Source: a virus (taxonomy: Duplodnaviria; Caudoviricetes). From it: a stretch of 64,000 nt of DNA. Of this stretch, positions 14,651 through 24,364 are shown piece by piece. The stretch lies in IMG/VR virus record IMGVR_UViG_3300021387_000189, positions 1-64,000 of that record; one strand, 5' to 3'. Below the pieces are notes generated by a model. That model searched no databases. It was not told the DNA's origin and worked only from the letters and a program-made list of their open reading frames with translations. Each line of letters begins with the position of its first letter. Positions within the stretch are counted from its first letter, which is position 1. The position numbers were made by a program, and so were the translations under genes.

Positions 14651-17600
14651 CTAAAGTATAGTCACCTTCCTCTTGTTCTCCTCTTGGAGCTTTGGACCTT
14701 CTATAGTCTCTTTCTTCTTAGCTTGGCCTATCAGGTAAACTTCTATCAAGTCTCTTATTGGCATGTTCTCATCTATCACATACTTGCCTTCTATAGTCTT
14801 TTCTCTTGAATTATCAGACTCACTAAATCCATTAGAGACATTTGTGATAGATGGTGAATTGTCTAGGTCAGTAGCTAGAGACCTGTCTATAGTCTCAATA
14901 GGAGAAATAGAAATCTCTGAAGGCTCAGTTGCTGCAGACAGGCTCATTGCAATCTGATTGAACAAGTCTTGACCTTGGATTTCTCTTGGCTTAGACTCTA
15001 TGCCTTCAATCCTTGGACCTTCTATATCTGAAGGCTTGCTTGACTCTGGTTTCAAAGTCTGCATTGCAATCTGATCAAACAAAGAGGTCTCTTGAGACAG
15101 ATGAGTCATTGATTTTCTTTTCTCATCCTCAGACTTCAAGTCAACATTAGTTTCTTGTGCTGATTGCAAGTCAGATATGTTAGTCTTTATGCCTCCATCA
15201 GATGGGTCATCATCTAAGTCTGTTGCTAGGCTCCTGTCTATGTCTTTAGCAGTGCTTACAAGAGAAAGCTCTGACTCTAAGTCATTTGCTTTAGACAACG
15301 GCAATGGATTATTAGGATCAATGTTGTTTCCAAACTGTAATACAGTAGACATGTGAGAGCTCCAATTTACACTATTGTCTAGGTCTGTTGCTTCACTTCT
15401 GTCAAGTATTGGCTCTAGATACAGCATTCTCTTCTTCATCTCATAGTCCCAATACACACTATTGTCTAAGTCTGTAGCGAGCGACCGATCTATCTTTTTT
15501 TGGAGGTTCTCGTATTTGTTCCTATCATAGTCATCTAAGACATGCTCATCATCTAAGTCTGTTGCTGCTGACTTGTCATATGGTTGTCTGATCCAAGTCA
15601 TCTTAGATATTTCGCTCCTAAGCCAAATGCTTGTTGGCTCATTGTCTAAGTCAGTAGCAAGTGATCTGTCTTCAACAGTAATAAGATTGCCTTCTGCTAT
15701 ACCTCCAAACAGCCCATCGAGATCTGTAGCAAGAGATCTGTCTTCAATCTCACTGCCTATAGTATTTTCGCTTAAGCCGCCAATGAAAGCTGATGGGTCT
15801 GTAGCAAGGCTCAATATAGGATATGTGGCTCCTACTTGCATGATAGAAGCTTGTATAGAAGACCATACAAGGTCATTGCTCAAGTCTGTAGCAAGACTCA
15901 AGTCATCAAGAATCTCTATCTTCACTAGATTGACAGTGTCTGGAGCACTATCCAAGTCTGTAGCAAGAGACCTGTCAATATGAGACACTGTGTCAGTCAT
16001 CGTCCTGACAGGATCATCATCTAAGTCTGTAGCAAGAGACCTGTCAATGTCATTTGACATTCCTTGAAGTGATGACATTGGTATTGAAGTGTCCGTAGCA
16101 AAGCTATCAGTCTCAGGATGAGGCAAGTCTTGCATCTGAGCTGGAGCGATGCCGTCTAAGTCGGTCGCAAGACTCCTGTCACCACCATAGTTCAAAGATT
16201 GCATAGCACTATAGTTAGTATAGTCCCATCCTGTGCCGTTGTCTAGATTTGTAGCAATACTCCTGTCTGGACCTTGGTTTACATCTATCAGATATCCAAG
16301 TTCATCAGGCTTGTCTGAGATTTCAGGCATGACTGGAAGTATAGAGTCATTGTCAGTAGCTTTAGAGTCAGTACCAGCTCGTTGAATCTCAGGCCTGAAT
16401 TGCATCAAGTCTCTATATGTGAGAGTTCCATCTACAATCTGATCAAGAATAGTGTCTTGAGAAATCCTTATCATTTCTGGGACTTCAAACCTGCTAGCAT
16501 CTTGTGGATTCCAGTCGTCACCATCATCAGCACCTCTATACACCAAGTGAGACATTGCCGAATGACGCACTGAAGAGTCTCCATCTAAGTCAGTGGCAAG
16601 ACTTCTGTCTTTGTCTCTTGGCTGGATCTTTATAATACCATAAGATGAGTCAAGCTCAAACTTGTGAGCAACAGCAACAACATAAGAGTATGTACTTGGG
16701 TCATAAGATGCCAGGGCGTTGAACATGTTAGCGGCTCCATGCGAGCCATAAGGCTTTGGTCTTGTATTGTCTCTTCCGGAGACATATCTGCTGCTGTCTT
16801 CTACAGCCTTAGACTTCTTAGTTCTCTGGTTGACAGTGTCAGCATCATCAAGAAGATTTGGCTCTCCTATGTCTCCTTCAGTAGCAGCAAATGTCTTGTA
16901 GTTGCCTTCAACTGCTTTCTTGTGTGCTAGAGCATCTCTTACAGTCTGATATCCATTGTATACTTTGTCTAGCACACCATCTCCACTAGTCACTGACTCT
17001 ACAATCTTGTTGATGCCATCCATAATCCATCCACCTGCTATTGTGTCAGTGTAGACATGGAACTTGTCAACATTTACCATGTTGATAGTCTCATTGAAGA
17101 ACTGATCAGAGAGATCACTTATCTTTGCTAAGTTCTTAAGTGCTTCCTGACCTAGCTTTCTCTCTGAGTCATTCATCAGATTCCTATATGGAGGGAAAAT
17201 CCTCCAATTATGAATCTCTTCTGCTTGTCTCACTCTGACCTTGATAGATGTAGTCTCCATCTGGTCATTGTTGATGCTATACCCATTTTGATATGTATTG
17301 TAGTTGATGTCAAAGTCACACAAGCTGCATCTCAAGCAAGTCACAGGGACAAATCCTTTGACAACTCCAAGAATGAAGTTGTCTTCTTTAGCATTGCTGT
17401 TGATGCCGCCGTTAGTCCAGTCATTGAGAGTAGTGAGGACTTTTCCTGTAATCTTGTCAACAACTTTGCCGGCAAACCTGTCAATAGCCTTTGCTAAAGC
17501 TCCATTGTTGTCATACAAGCTAGAAATCAGTGACTTTGAGTAGAGACCATCAGGATCAATAGGATTAGCATACACAGACTGATGGAATGTCCTAATCTCG

Positions 17601-18256
17601 GAAATGTAGATGTCTAGCTTGAAGTACCTGTATATGTCTGGAAGAATCCATCTCTGATAGTGATCATCCCATGCAGCAGCTTTGTACAAGCTAAGGAGCA
17701 TCTTGACCTTTTGATCTATTCCTTCTAAGCACTTGATAGTGATAGTGTGACTCTTCTCTATCTTCTGTCCTTTGCTTGGATCTGACTTGAATAGCTCATC
17801 AAGGCCTTCTATTTCTTGGAAGTAGTATTGGTATCTAGTCTGCAAGTCATTCCATCCTTTCAAGAACTTTGCAAGCATGTAGCACCTGAAGTCTTCGTTC
17901 CTTGAGTAGAGATACTCAAGAGCTGAGTAAGCTCTGTCTTTTATGAAAAAAGATGGAGTGAACATTTTTTTCTCTTCGAACTTTGAGATGAAGTTCTGGA
18001 CTGATGACAAGTCTGGATTCCAATTCTCAGCATCATTTCTAGATCCTAATCCACTTCCTTGCTTTCCTAAGCAGAATAGACCTTGAGGAATGCTGTCATA
18101 GAGGAAAGACTGTTCTGTGAGCATCTCATCAGAGAAGAAGTCAAGCTTGAAAGTCAAGTATGTAGGCTCATCAAGAGCTGGGTTGAACATACCCTGATTC
18201 CTGAAAGCTGAACTTTCACCTAAGAACTCTTTTCTGATATTGTAGTTTGATGCCAT
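14651..18256 (-). CDS. large virion/baseplate-associated protein with DRSLATDLD repeats
   Basis: 1201 aa; globular N-terminal ~400 aa; about 17 copies of a D-R-S-L-A-T-D-L-D motif in the C-terminal half. Confidence 0.65.
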   Translation of the reverse strand: MASNYNIRKEFLGESSAFRNQGMFNPALDEPTYLTFKLDFFSDEMLTEQSFLYDSIPQGLFCLGKQGSGLGSRNDAENWNPDLSSVQNFISKFEEKKMFTPSFFIKDRAYSALEYLYSRNEDFRCYMLAKFLKGWNDLQTRYQYYFQEIEGLDELFKSDPSKGQKIEKSHTITIKCLEGIDQKVKMLLSLYKAAAWDDHYQRWILPDIYRYFKLDIYISEIRTFHQSVYANPIDPDGLYSKSLISSLYDNNGALAKAIDRFAGKVVDKITGKVLTTLNDWTNGGINSNAKEDNFILGVVKGFVPVTCLRCSLCDFDINYNTYQNGYSINNDQMETTSIKVRVRQAEEIHNWRIFPPYRNLMNDSERKLGQEALKNLAKISDLSDQFFNETINMVNVDKFHVYTDTIAGGWIMDGINKIVESVTSGDGVLDKVYNGYQTVRDALAHKKAVEGNYKTFAATEGDIGEPNLLDDADTVNQRTKKSKAVEDSSRYVSGRDNTRPKPYGSHGAANMFNALASYDPSTYSYVVAVAHKFELDSSYGIIKIQPRDKDRSLATDLDGDSSVRHSAMSHLVYRGADDGDDWNPQDASRFEVPEMIRISQDTILDQIVDGTLTYRDLMQFRPEIQRAGTDSKATDNDSILPVMPEISDKPDELGYLIDVNQGPDRSIATNLDNGTGWDYTNYSAMQSLNYGGDRSLATDLDGIAPAQMQDLPHPETDSFATDTSIPMSSLQGMSNDIDRSLATDLDDDPVRTMTDTVSHIDRSLATDLDSAPDTVNLVKIEILDDLSLATDLSNDLVWSSIQASIMQVGATYPILSLATDPSAFIGGLSENTIGSEIEDRSLATDLDGLFGGIAEGNLITVEDRSLATDLDNEPTSIWLRSEISKMTWIRQPYDKSAATDLDDEHVLDDYDRNKYENLQKKIDRSLATDLDNSVYWDYEMKKRMLYLEPILDRSEATDLDNSVNWSSHMSTVLQFGNNIDPNNPLPLSKANDLESELSLVSTAKDIDRSLATDLDDDPSDGGIKTNISDLQSAQETNVDLKSEDEKRKSMTHLSQETSLFDQIAMQTLKPESSKPSDIEGPRIEGIESKPREIQGQDLFNQIAMSLSAATEPSEISISPIETIDRSLATDLDNSPSITNVSNGFSESDNSREKTIEGKYVIDENMPIRDLIEVYLIGQAKKKETIEGPKLQEENKRKVTIL

Positions 18257-18324
18257 CTAAGTCTTTTATTCAATAAGAGATTTATATGGCATATTTATCC
18301 TCCAGGAGCTAAATTGACTAATTC

Positions 18325-21198
18325 TTAGATGACTACAATGTCATTCTTTGTCTCTTCTTCAAAGTAGTCTCTTCCTAGAATCACAACATACAGAGACAAG
18401 TTGTCTGCTTTTCTCCTCTTGTTCACTATGCCCCACCACTTAGGCTGTGAGTTGTTGTGATCTGTAGAGATATGGAAGTGTGTCCCTTTAGAGTGCCCTG
18501 ACTTGCTCACTTCAAGCTGTACACAAATGCCATACTTGTGCATGAAGTCAAGAAGCTTCTCAGACAAGCACATCTTGTCTAGCAATGCATCAAATGACCC
18601 TGCAGGCTCTATGTCTATGGCTTCCCCATAGTAGTGTCTTGAGTTATAGTCACTTAGCCAGTACATGAGCCCATCAGAGTCTAGTGTCTTGTATATCTCA
18701 CTAGTCTCTCTCATAGTGAATGCATTTCCATATACTTTGTTGTCATACTTGTCAAGAGCCCATCTCCTAGTGCCTTTCATGATGTATGGTATTCCCTCAG
18801 AATTCATAATTCCAATGAACTCATTCATGAAATGCTTCAATCCATTGCCATCATATGCCATTGCTTCACTGAAGTCCATATTCCCTCCAGTGTCATTGTC
18901 ATCTTTGATTTCAGCTAAGTCTTTCTTCTGAGAAGTCTCACCAGTATTTTGTCCAGATAAAGAAGATGATATGTTGCCTATAGCTGAGAGTGTTCCTTCT
19001 ATAGAAGCTTTAGTCTCTCCAATTTTTGATTCAACTGAGTCCTTCAATTTAGTAGCAATGCTCAAGCCATTATCAACTGCATTCTCTATAGTATCTGCTA
19101 CTTGCTCAACCGTATTCTCAACCGATGAAGCAAGAGCACTAGTTCTTGATGCTAAGTCTGTCAAGCTTGTCTTAGCTTTGCTTATTGTATCTTCATTAAG
19201 TGGAATGCCATTCTCAATGCTTTGTCTTGCTTTTGCAGTGATGTCATTGCCAAGCGCATCAACCTTGTTGACAAGGTCTTTTTGTGTATTAGCAACAGTT
19301 GTGACAGCATTTGTAGCATTGCTTAGCATATCAGGCACATCTTCTGTTTCAGAAGACATAGCATCTGCTACGTTGTTAACTCCATCTTTCAATGCTTCTA
19401 TGGCTTCTCCTCCACTTGCTACCGCATCTTTGATGCCATTTATGCCGGACAATATAGAGCTAGCTCCTATAGTGTTAGTCATGTCACTCAAGTTGCTTTG
19501 GACTTCATCATACATTCCACCTAGCTCATTGACCACATTTCCTATTTCATCTAATGGTGTCTGGAATTCTTGCTGCAGATGAGATGTAGGAATGTCTGTC
19601 ACTGCAGGCATCTTGCTAGACTGTGTGTCTGGTGGTTGTGACACCGGAGAGACCTTAGACTCTACAGATGTACCTTGTGCAACATCTACACTGAGAATGC
19701 CAAACTCTTCGGCTTCATGCTTAGTAGATGTAGACTCAGGTGGGAACCACTCTCTTCTAGTGAGTGTGACTCTAGTCTTCCAATCTGTGACAAAGTTGTC
19801 TTGCTTGAAGTCAGGCTGGTATATGAGCTCTACAGCTTTGACATAGAACCACCCAGAGCACACCATGTCAAACTCAAATCCAGTGTCTTGAGTGTTCCTT
19901 GTCTCAGATACCCACTTCTCATTAGTTCTGTTGTATAGGAAGCATGGTACTTTCTCTCCTTTCATGATGCCTAAGTTGGCACCATTAGTAGTGAGTATGA
20001 CATTCTGCTTCTCAAGCTCTGCAAGGTTGATCATGTTGTGCTCAGGAGCAATGACATACTCTTTAGAGAAGTTTCCACTGACCATCAAGTTAGATTGGTC
20101 GCTCTTCTTAGTGTCTGCATCAGGGTCAGACTCTATAGGCATCAAGATTGGTGGGAATGTCTTTGTGTTCTCATCTCTCCAGTTGCCATTGTCTGCCATC
20201 TTGAAGTCTTTAGCATAGTTAGTAGGGCCATTAGCTATGACATATCCAAGATCTAGCTTCTCTTTCATGTACCACACTCCAATCTCAATAGTGTGCCTGG
20301 CTTCTTTGATAGACTGTCCTACACCATTGTTCTGCACATAGACTTCAAAGTTTCTCTGTGGGCCTATAGCCTTAGAGACATTTGTAGAGTTGTTGACATA
20401 TTGGTAGTCAATTGGGTACCAGAGAGAGTCTTCAAACTGTGGATCATTGCTGAAGAGCTTAGGGAACTTAGTGTCTTTGATAGACATCAAGTCATTAGTG
20501 ACATACTTGCCATCTTCTCCTACGCTTCCACTGACATTCTTGTACTTAGTGAAATCTAGCTCTCCATCATCTGAGAGCTTCCTGCCAAGCAAGTCATTGA
20601 CATTCACAACGGTCAAGTTCCTCCTTGGATCAATCCATGAGTCAAAGAAGCTGTCCTTTGCAAGCCACATGTGACTTGTGACATTCTGGATGAACTCTAG
20701 TGGATCATCATAGCAATGCCATGACTCTCTCTTAGCAGTCTTGACATTCTTAGTGTGAACATACCCAAGGCCTAGCCTCTTGCAAGCTTCTTTCAAAGCT
20801 TCCTCTGCATATCCAGTGTATGTGAAGTTGTCAAGACCATTGTCTAAGTTAGGGATGAAGAGCTTGCCTGTTATGTAGTACTCATAGTAGTTCTTCTTGA
20901 CACCATTGTCTCTGTGTGGAGACGATGAGATGCTAGTTATTATGAAGTCTGAAGATATAGGCTTGTAGACTTTCTTGTCTTCTCTGATGCCTATAGATAT
21001 CCTGTCGCCATCTACTGGCATGTTCTCTCTAGACAAAGACTTAGTCATAGAGCTTACATGCAAAGTGATTGTAGGCAAGAAGTCTTTAGACTCAAGAGTG
21101 AACTTGAGAATCTCGTCTCTCTTCAAGACGTAGTCTTTGATTCGAATGTATGGGACTAGATGCCCAAATATGTCTTCATATCTTCTTTGTCCTAGCAT
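18325..21198 (-). CDS. baseplate hub-like protein with C-terminal peptidase M15-like domain
   Basis: Late-gene context; Ser/Ala coiled linker; C-terminal SRHYYGEAIDI...HFHIS zinc-peptidase signature. Confidence 0.6.
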   Translation of the reverse strand: MLGQRRYEDIFGHLVPYIRIKDYVLKRDEILKFTLESKDFLPTITLHVSSMTKSLSRENMPVDGDRISIGIREDKKVYKPISSDFIITSISSSPHRDNGVKKNYYEYYITGKLFIPNLDNGLDNFTYTGYAEEALKEACKRLGLGYVHTKNVKTAKRESWHCYDDPLEFIQNVTSHMWLAKDSFFDSWIDPRRNLTVVNVNDLLGRKLSDDGELDFTKYKNVSGSVGEDGKYVTNDLMSIKDTKFPKLFSNDPQFEDSLWYPIDYQYVNNSTNVSKAIGPQRNFEVYVQNNGVGQSIKEARHTIEIGVWYMKEKLDLGYVIANGPTNYAKDFKMADNGNWRDENTKTFPPILMPIESDPDADTKKSDQSNLMVSGNFSKEYVIAPEHNMINLAELEKQNVILTTNGANLGIMKGEKVPCFLYNRTNEKWVSETRNTQDTGFEFDMVCSGWFYVKAVELIYQPDFKQDNFVTDWKTRVTLTRREWFPPESTSTKHEAEEFGILSVDVAQGTSVESKVSPVSQPPDTQSSKMPAVTDIPTSHLQQEFQTPLDEIGNVVNELGGMYDEVQSNLSDMTNTIGASSILSGINGIKDAVASGGEAIEALKDGVNNVADAMSSETEDVPDMLSNATNAVTTVANTQKDLVNKVDALGNDITAKARQSIENGIPLNEDTISKAKTSLTDLASRTSALASSVENTVEQVADTIENAVDNGLSIATKLKDSVESKIGETKASIEGTLSAIGNISSSLSGQNTGETSQKKDLAEIKDDNDTGGNMDFSEAMAYDGNGLKHFMNEFIGIMNSEGIPYIMKGTRRWALDKYDNKVYGNAFTMRETSEIYKTLDSDGLMYWLSDYNSRHYYGEAIDIEPAGSFDALLDKMCLSEKLLDFMHKYGICVQLEVSKSGHSKGTHFHISTDHNNSQPKWWGIVNKRRKADNLSLYVVILGRDYFEEETKNDIVVI

Positions 21199-21213
21199 AG
21201 TTGTGTGACTATA

Positions 21214-22131
21214 TTATATAGCAAATCCTTCAGTGACTATCATCTTTGGCATAGCAGGCTTAGTCTTGTCATCAGTAGTGTTATAGTAAGCTTCATCCAT
21301 TTTGTCTGTGTCTTCTTTAACCTTGTTAGAGTGTTCATCTTGTGCTATAGCAGATGGCACTGAGTCATCAGTTATCAGCCTGTGATCTTCTGCACTCCCT
21401 TCATGCTTGAATGTGCTTATCTCTAGAACTTTAGCACCTAATACAGCATTAGAAGCATCTTGTATTATGTTGAAAGCATTATAGGAAGCATCCATCTGGT
21501 TGACAGCAAAAGCTTGAGCTTGGTTCAGAGAGCCATAGTCGACATCACTCAAAGCATTAGACACATCATAGTAAGACACATCTTCAAACTCAAATTCTTC
21601 AGTGTGAGGCGAGAATCCTTCAGGAGTCTCACCACTTTCACCAGACTCGGGCAACAAAGCTGAGTTGTATGCTGGACCACAGTATGTGCTAGCTTCTCTC
21701 TTTCGTCTTGGGACTAGGTTGAATCCTCCAGGATGTGCATAAGATGCAAGCCAGACTTTTTGAATAGTCTCATAGTCTTTCGGATTATTTGCTATTGTGG
21801 CTCCAAGCTTTGTCCTTGATATGTTGCCATGGTTGTATGCAAAGCTGAACATGGCATCAAACTGGCTCTGAGTCATTCCTTTGTCAGTGTCAAATATCTT
21901 GTTGACATCATTAGTGAATCTAGCAGAGTCTTTAGCAAACAAAGCCTGACACTCAGCATCAGTGTAAGTCTTTCCACACACTACATCTGGACCGTAGTGC
22001 CCTATGCAACAAGTGCAATATTTCTCTGTATATCCTGACTTTGAGTTCTTGAGAGCATACGCTTTCTTGATATACCCTTCAGAGCTCTTGAGAGCATTGT
22101 ATCCTGCTTGACTGAGTCTTCCTTTTGCCAT
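21214..22131 (-). CDS. virion-associated GH24 phage lysozyme with acidic C-terminal tail
   Basis: LKSSEG...TCCIGHYG, TQSQFDAMFSFAYNHG, LVPRRKREA. Confidence 0.85.
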   Translation of the reverse strand: MAKGRLSQAGYNALKSSEGYIKKAYALKNSKSGYTEKYCTCCIGHYGPDVVCGKTYTDAECQALFAKDSARFTNDVNKIFDTDKGMTQSQFDAMFSFAYNHGNISRTKLGATIANNPKDYETIQKVWLASYAHPGGFNLVPRRKREASTYCGPAYNSALLPESGESGETPEGFSPHTEEFEFEDVSYYDVSNALSDVDYGSLNQAQAFAVNQMDASYNAFNIIQDASNAVLGAKVLEISTFKHEGSAEDHRLITDDSVPSAIAQDEHSNKVKEDTDKMDEAYYNTTDDKTKPAMPKMIVTEGFAI

Positions 22132-22152
22132 GGTCTGCTTATCTATTCAATT

Positions 22153-23532
22153 TTAGTTGTCAGTGTGAATGTCAAACATGTTGCTATAGTAGTCTACTAA
22201 GTCTTGATCAAGCTCTTCATCATCTTCTGGAATCACTCTCTCATTGTCATAGTACACAGTCATGTCTCCATCACTGACATATATCTTAGAGTCATCGCCA
22301 GGCTCCATCCTAGGCCCATCTTGTCCATTGCCTGAATAATCTTTGACGTCATCAACATCAACGTAGCTGTAAGTCTTCCAGAGTGTCAAGGCGGCACTTG
22401 AGTATGCTCTTCTATCTGATGCTTCTTTCCTTATCTTGTCTTCTTGTGTCTTAGAAGCTCCATAGAACATGTCTGGCCATTTCTTCTTGTTGACATATTG
22501 TGAGAAGAACAAGTTAGAAGAGTCATTCACATCATAGCATTTCTGGAACTTGCTTACAAGCCTGTCAGACAAAGTGTATATCAAGAACTCTATTTGTTTC
22601 TCAAGTGAAGCTTCTTCTAAGTAGCAGTCTTTATAGTGCATCTTGTTGAACACCTCTCTTGTGTTGTCATCCCACATGCAGATGCCATATTTCTCTCCAG
22701 AGTTCCTATAAGTACTGAAAGATCCTTTAGACATATAAGCAATGTTGCCTGCTATGCCTGCTGCTTGAGATGGGGTTAGCATAATCTTGTCTACAAGGCT
22801 CTTCATGATGTACAAGCATCTCTTCTCAGCTTCTAAGATGCCTGATCTAGAAGCTAGTAGCATGTTTCTAGAGAAGAGCTCAGGTCCTTCAGAGAAATTG
22901 TCTATCTCCTCTGGAGACATATTGTAGAAATACTCATCTGTCCAATCTAGCTTAGAGCTTTCCGGAACAAAGACCTTAGATGATAGTCTTTTGCTAGTCT
23001 CTTGTTGGACATTAGATCCATAAGCTATGTCTTGAGATGCAAGCATCACAGGAATCAGCTTGTCATCTTGATACTTCATAGTCTTCTTTCTTTGTTCACT
23101 ATAGAGAGACTTCACTGCTACATGCATCCACTGAGACCCAGGAACTCCTTCAACTATCATCTCATCATAGACTACTTCATTTGATGAAGCTAATTCAAGG
23201 ACACACTTGAAGAACTCATCATTTCTCTTGTTTAGAGGAAGAATGTCAGCTGCATAGCCAGCTAAGTGAGGAGAGTCTGGAGATCCGCCAACTGCTTGAT
23301 TCAGAGATTGAGACCTATATCCAGATACTATAAGGATTTCATAGTTTGCAAGCTTGTTAGCAACACAATATTCTTTCCAAGAGCCTTTGACTGACTTCAG
23401 CAAGTTGTCAAGCTCAACAATGTTAGGCTTGAGTGTCTCAGGCAAGCTGTTGTCTATGTTGAGCTTCTTAGCTGTATTTGAGTGAGTGTATTGAGAAAAG
23501 TCAAAAACCATACTACTATCTTTGTTGTACAT
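22153..23532 (-). CDS. peptidase M15 + phage tail lysozyme-like two-domain protein
   Basis: SGYRS..LNQAVGG...SPHLAGYAADI...WMHV; QAAGIAGNI...YGICMW...SLEKQIEF. Confidence 0.8.
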   Translation of the reverse strand: MYNKDSSMVFDFSQYTHSNTAKKLNIDNSLPETLKPNIVELDNLLKSVKGSWKEYCVANKLANYEILIVSGYRSQSLNQAVGGSPDSPHLAGYAADILPLNKRNDEFFKCVLELASSNEVVYDEMIVEGVPGSQWMHVAVKSLYSEQRKKTMKYQDDKLIPVMLASQDIAYGSNVQQETSKRLSSKVFVPESSKLDWTDEYFYNMSPEEIDNFSEGPELFSRNMLLASRSGILEAEKRCLYIMKSLVDKIMLTPSQAAGIAGNIAYMSKGSFSTYRNSGEKYGICMWDDNTREVFNKMHYKDCYLEEASLEKQIEFLIYTLSDRLVSKFQKCYDVNDSSNLFFSQYVNKKKWPDMFYGASKTQEDKIRKEASDRRAYSSAALTLWKTYSYVDVDDVKDYSGNGQDGPRMEPGDDSKIYVSDGDMTVYYDNERVIPEDDEELDQDLVDYYSNMFDIHTDN

Positions 23533-24355
23533 TGAAAGCTTTCATGAAGTCTGCTAAGTTTGTGCCATTGTAGACACAATTAGCTTCAGACAAGTCAGTC
23601 TGGACACCATTTATCACACTAGTTATCTGTGCATCTACATTGTTAGAGTCTATCTCTTGAATAGTGATAGGCCAAGGATGTCCTCCTCCTGGAGTCCCTG
23701 GTGAGGCTGTAGGACCCATTCCATTCCATCCACCAGAACCAATTCCTCCTTGTGGAGCATTCTCATTTCCAGTGACATCTTGAAGCCCTACATCATTAGG
23801 ATCATTGAAGTATATCCTTCCATTCCTGATGACTACTGCCTCTTCATTGTCTCTGAGCATGTAAGGCTCTACACTCTCTGTCTGTGGAGTGTAAGGTGTA
23901 GTGCTTCTTGAAGGTCTGCCTGATGGTATTGGAGTGTTGAGGAACTCATCATATGAAGACATGTCAACAGTGTTGTTCCTATTAGAGTGCTTGTAGTAGT
24001 TCTTGACAAGTACTTCTTGGATGTCAATGTCTTCATCCATTGTAGGAGAGTCAACACCATCATATATCATAGAGTCTGCTTCAATGAGCTCTGGAATGAG
24101 GAGAACATCATCTTTGTCAATGCTGAATGGGTTGCCAATCTGGTTGAACATCATGATGTACTCAGTCTTGTCTGTAGTGCCTAGCTCAGTGAGCGCAACT
24201 AAGTCAGGCCTCATCCTGAACTCACTAGGCACTTTCCTCAAGAAGTACTGAGAGATCTGCTCATTGTTCCTGAAAGTTGCAGAAGTCAAGTCTACAATCT
24301 CATTGCCATTTGGATCTGTGACCTTTGCTTTGTTGTCTAAGCTTGCTTTGAACAT
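23516..24355 (-). CDS. baseplate wedge subunit (T4 gp53/LysM-like)
   Basis: MRPDLVA...IMMFNQIGNPFSIDKDDVLLIP. Confidence 0.7.
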   Translation of the reverse strand: MFKASLDNKAKVTDPNGNEIVDLTSATFRNNEQISQYFLRKVPSEFRMRPDLVALTELGTTDKTEYIMMFNQIGNPFSIDKDDVLLIPELIEADSMIYDGVDSPTMDEDIDIQEVLVKNYYKHSNRNNTVDMSSYDEFLNTPIPSGRPSRSTTPYTPQTESVEPYMLRDNEEAVVIRNGRIYFNDPNDVGLQDVTGNENAPQGGIGSGGWNGMGPTASPGTPGGGHPWPITIQEIDSNNVDAQITSVINGVQTDLSEANCVYNGTNLADFMKAFNVQQR

Positions 24356-24364
24356 GTGTCTTCT

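Noticed and set aside
14860-16612. CRISPR-like array from recurring TCTAAGTCTGTAGCAAGAGA-like sequences
   Set aside because: Repeats vary at third codon positions, have irregular in-frame spacing and lie inside a 1201-aa ORF; they are protein repeats
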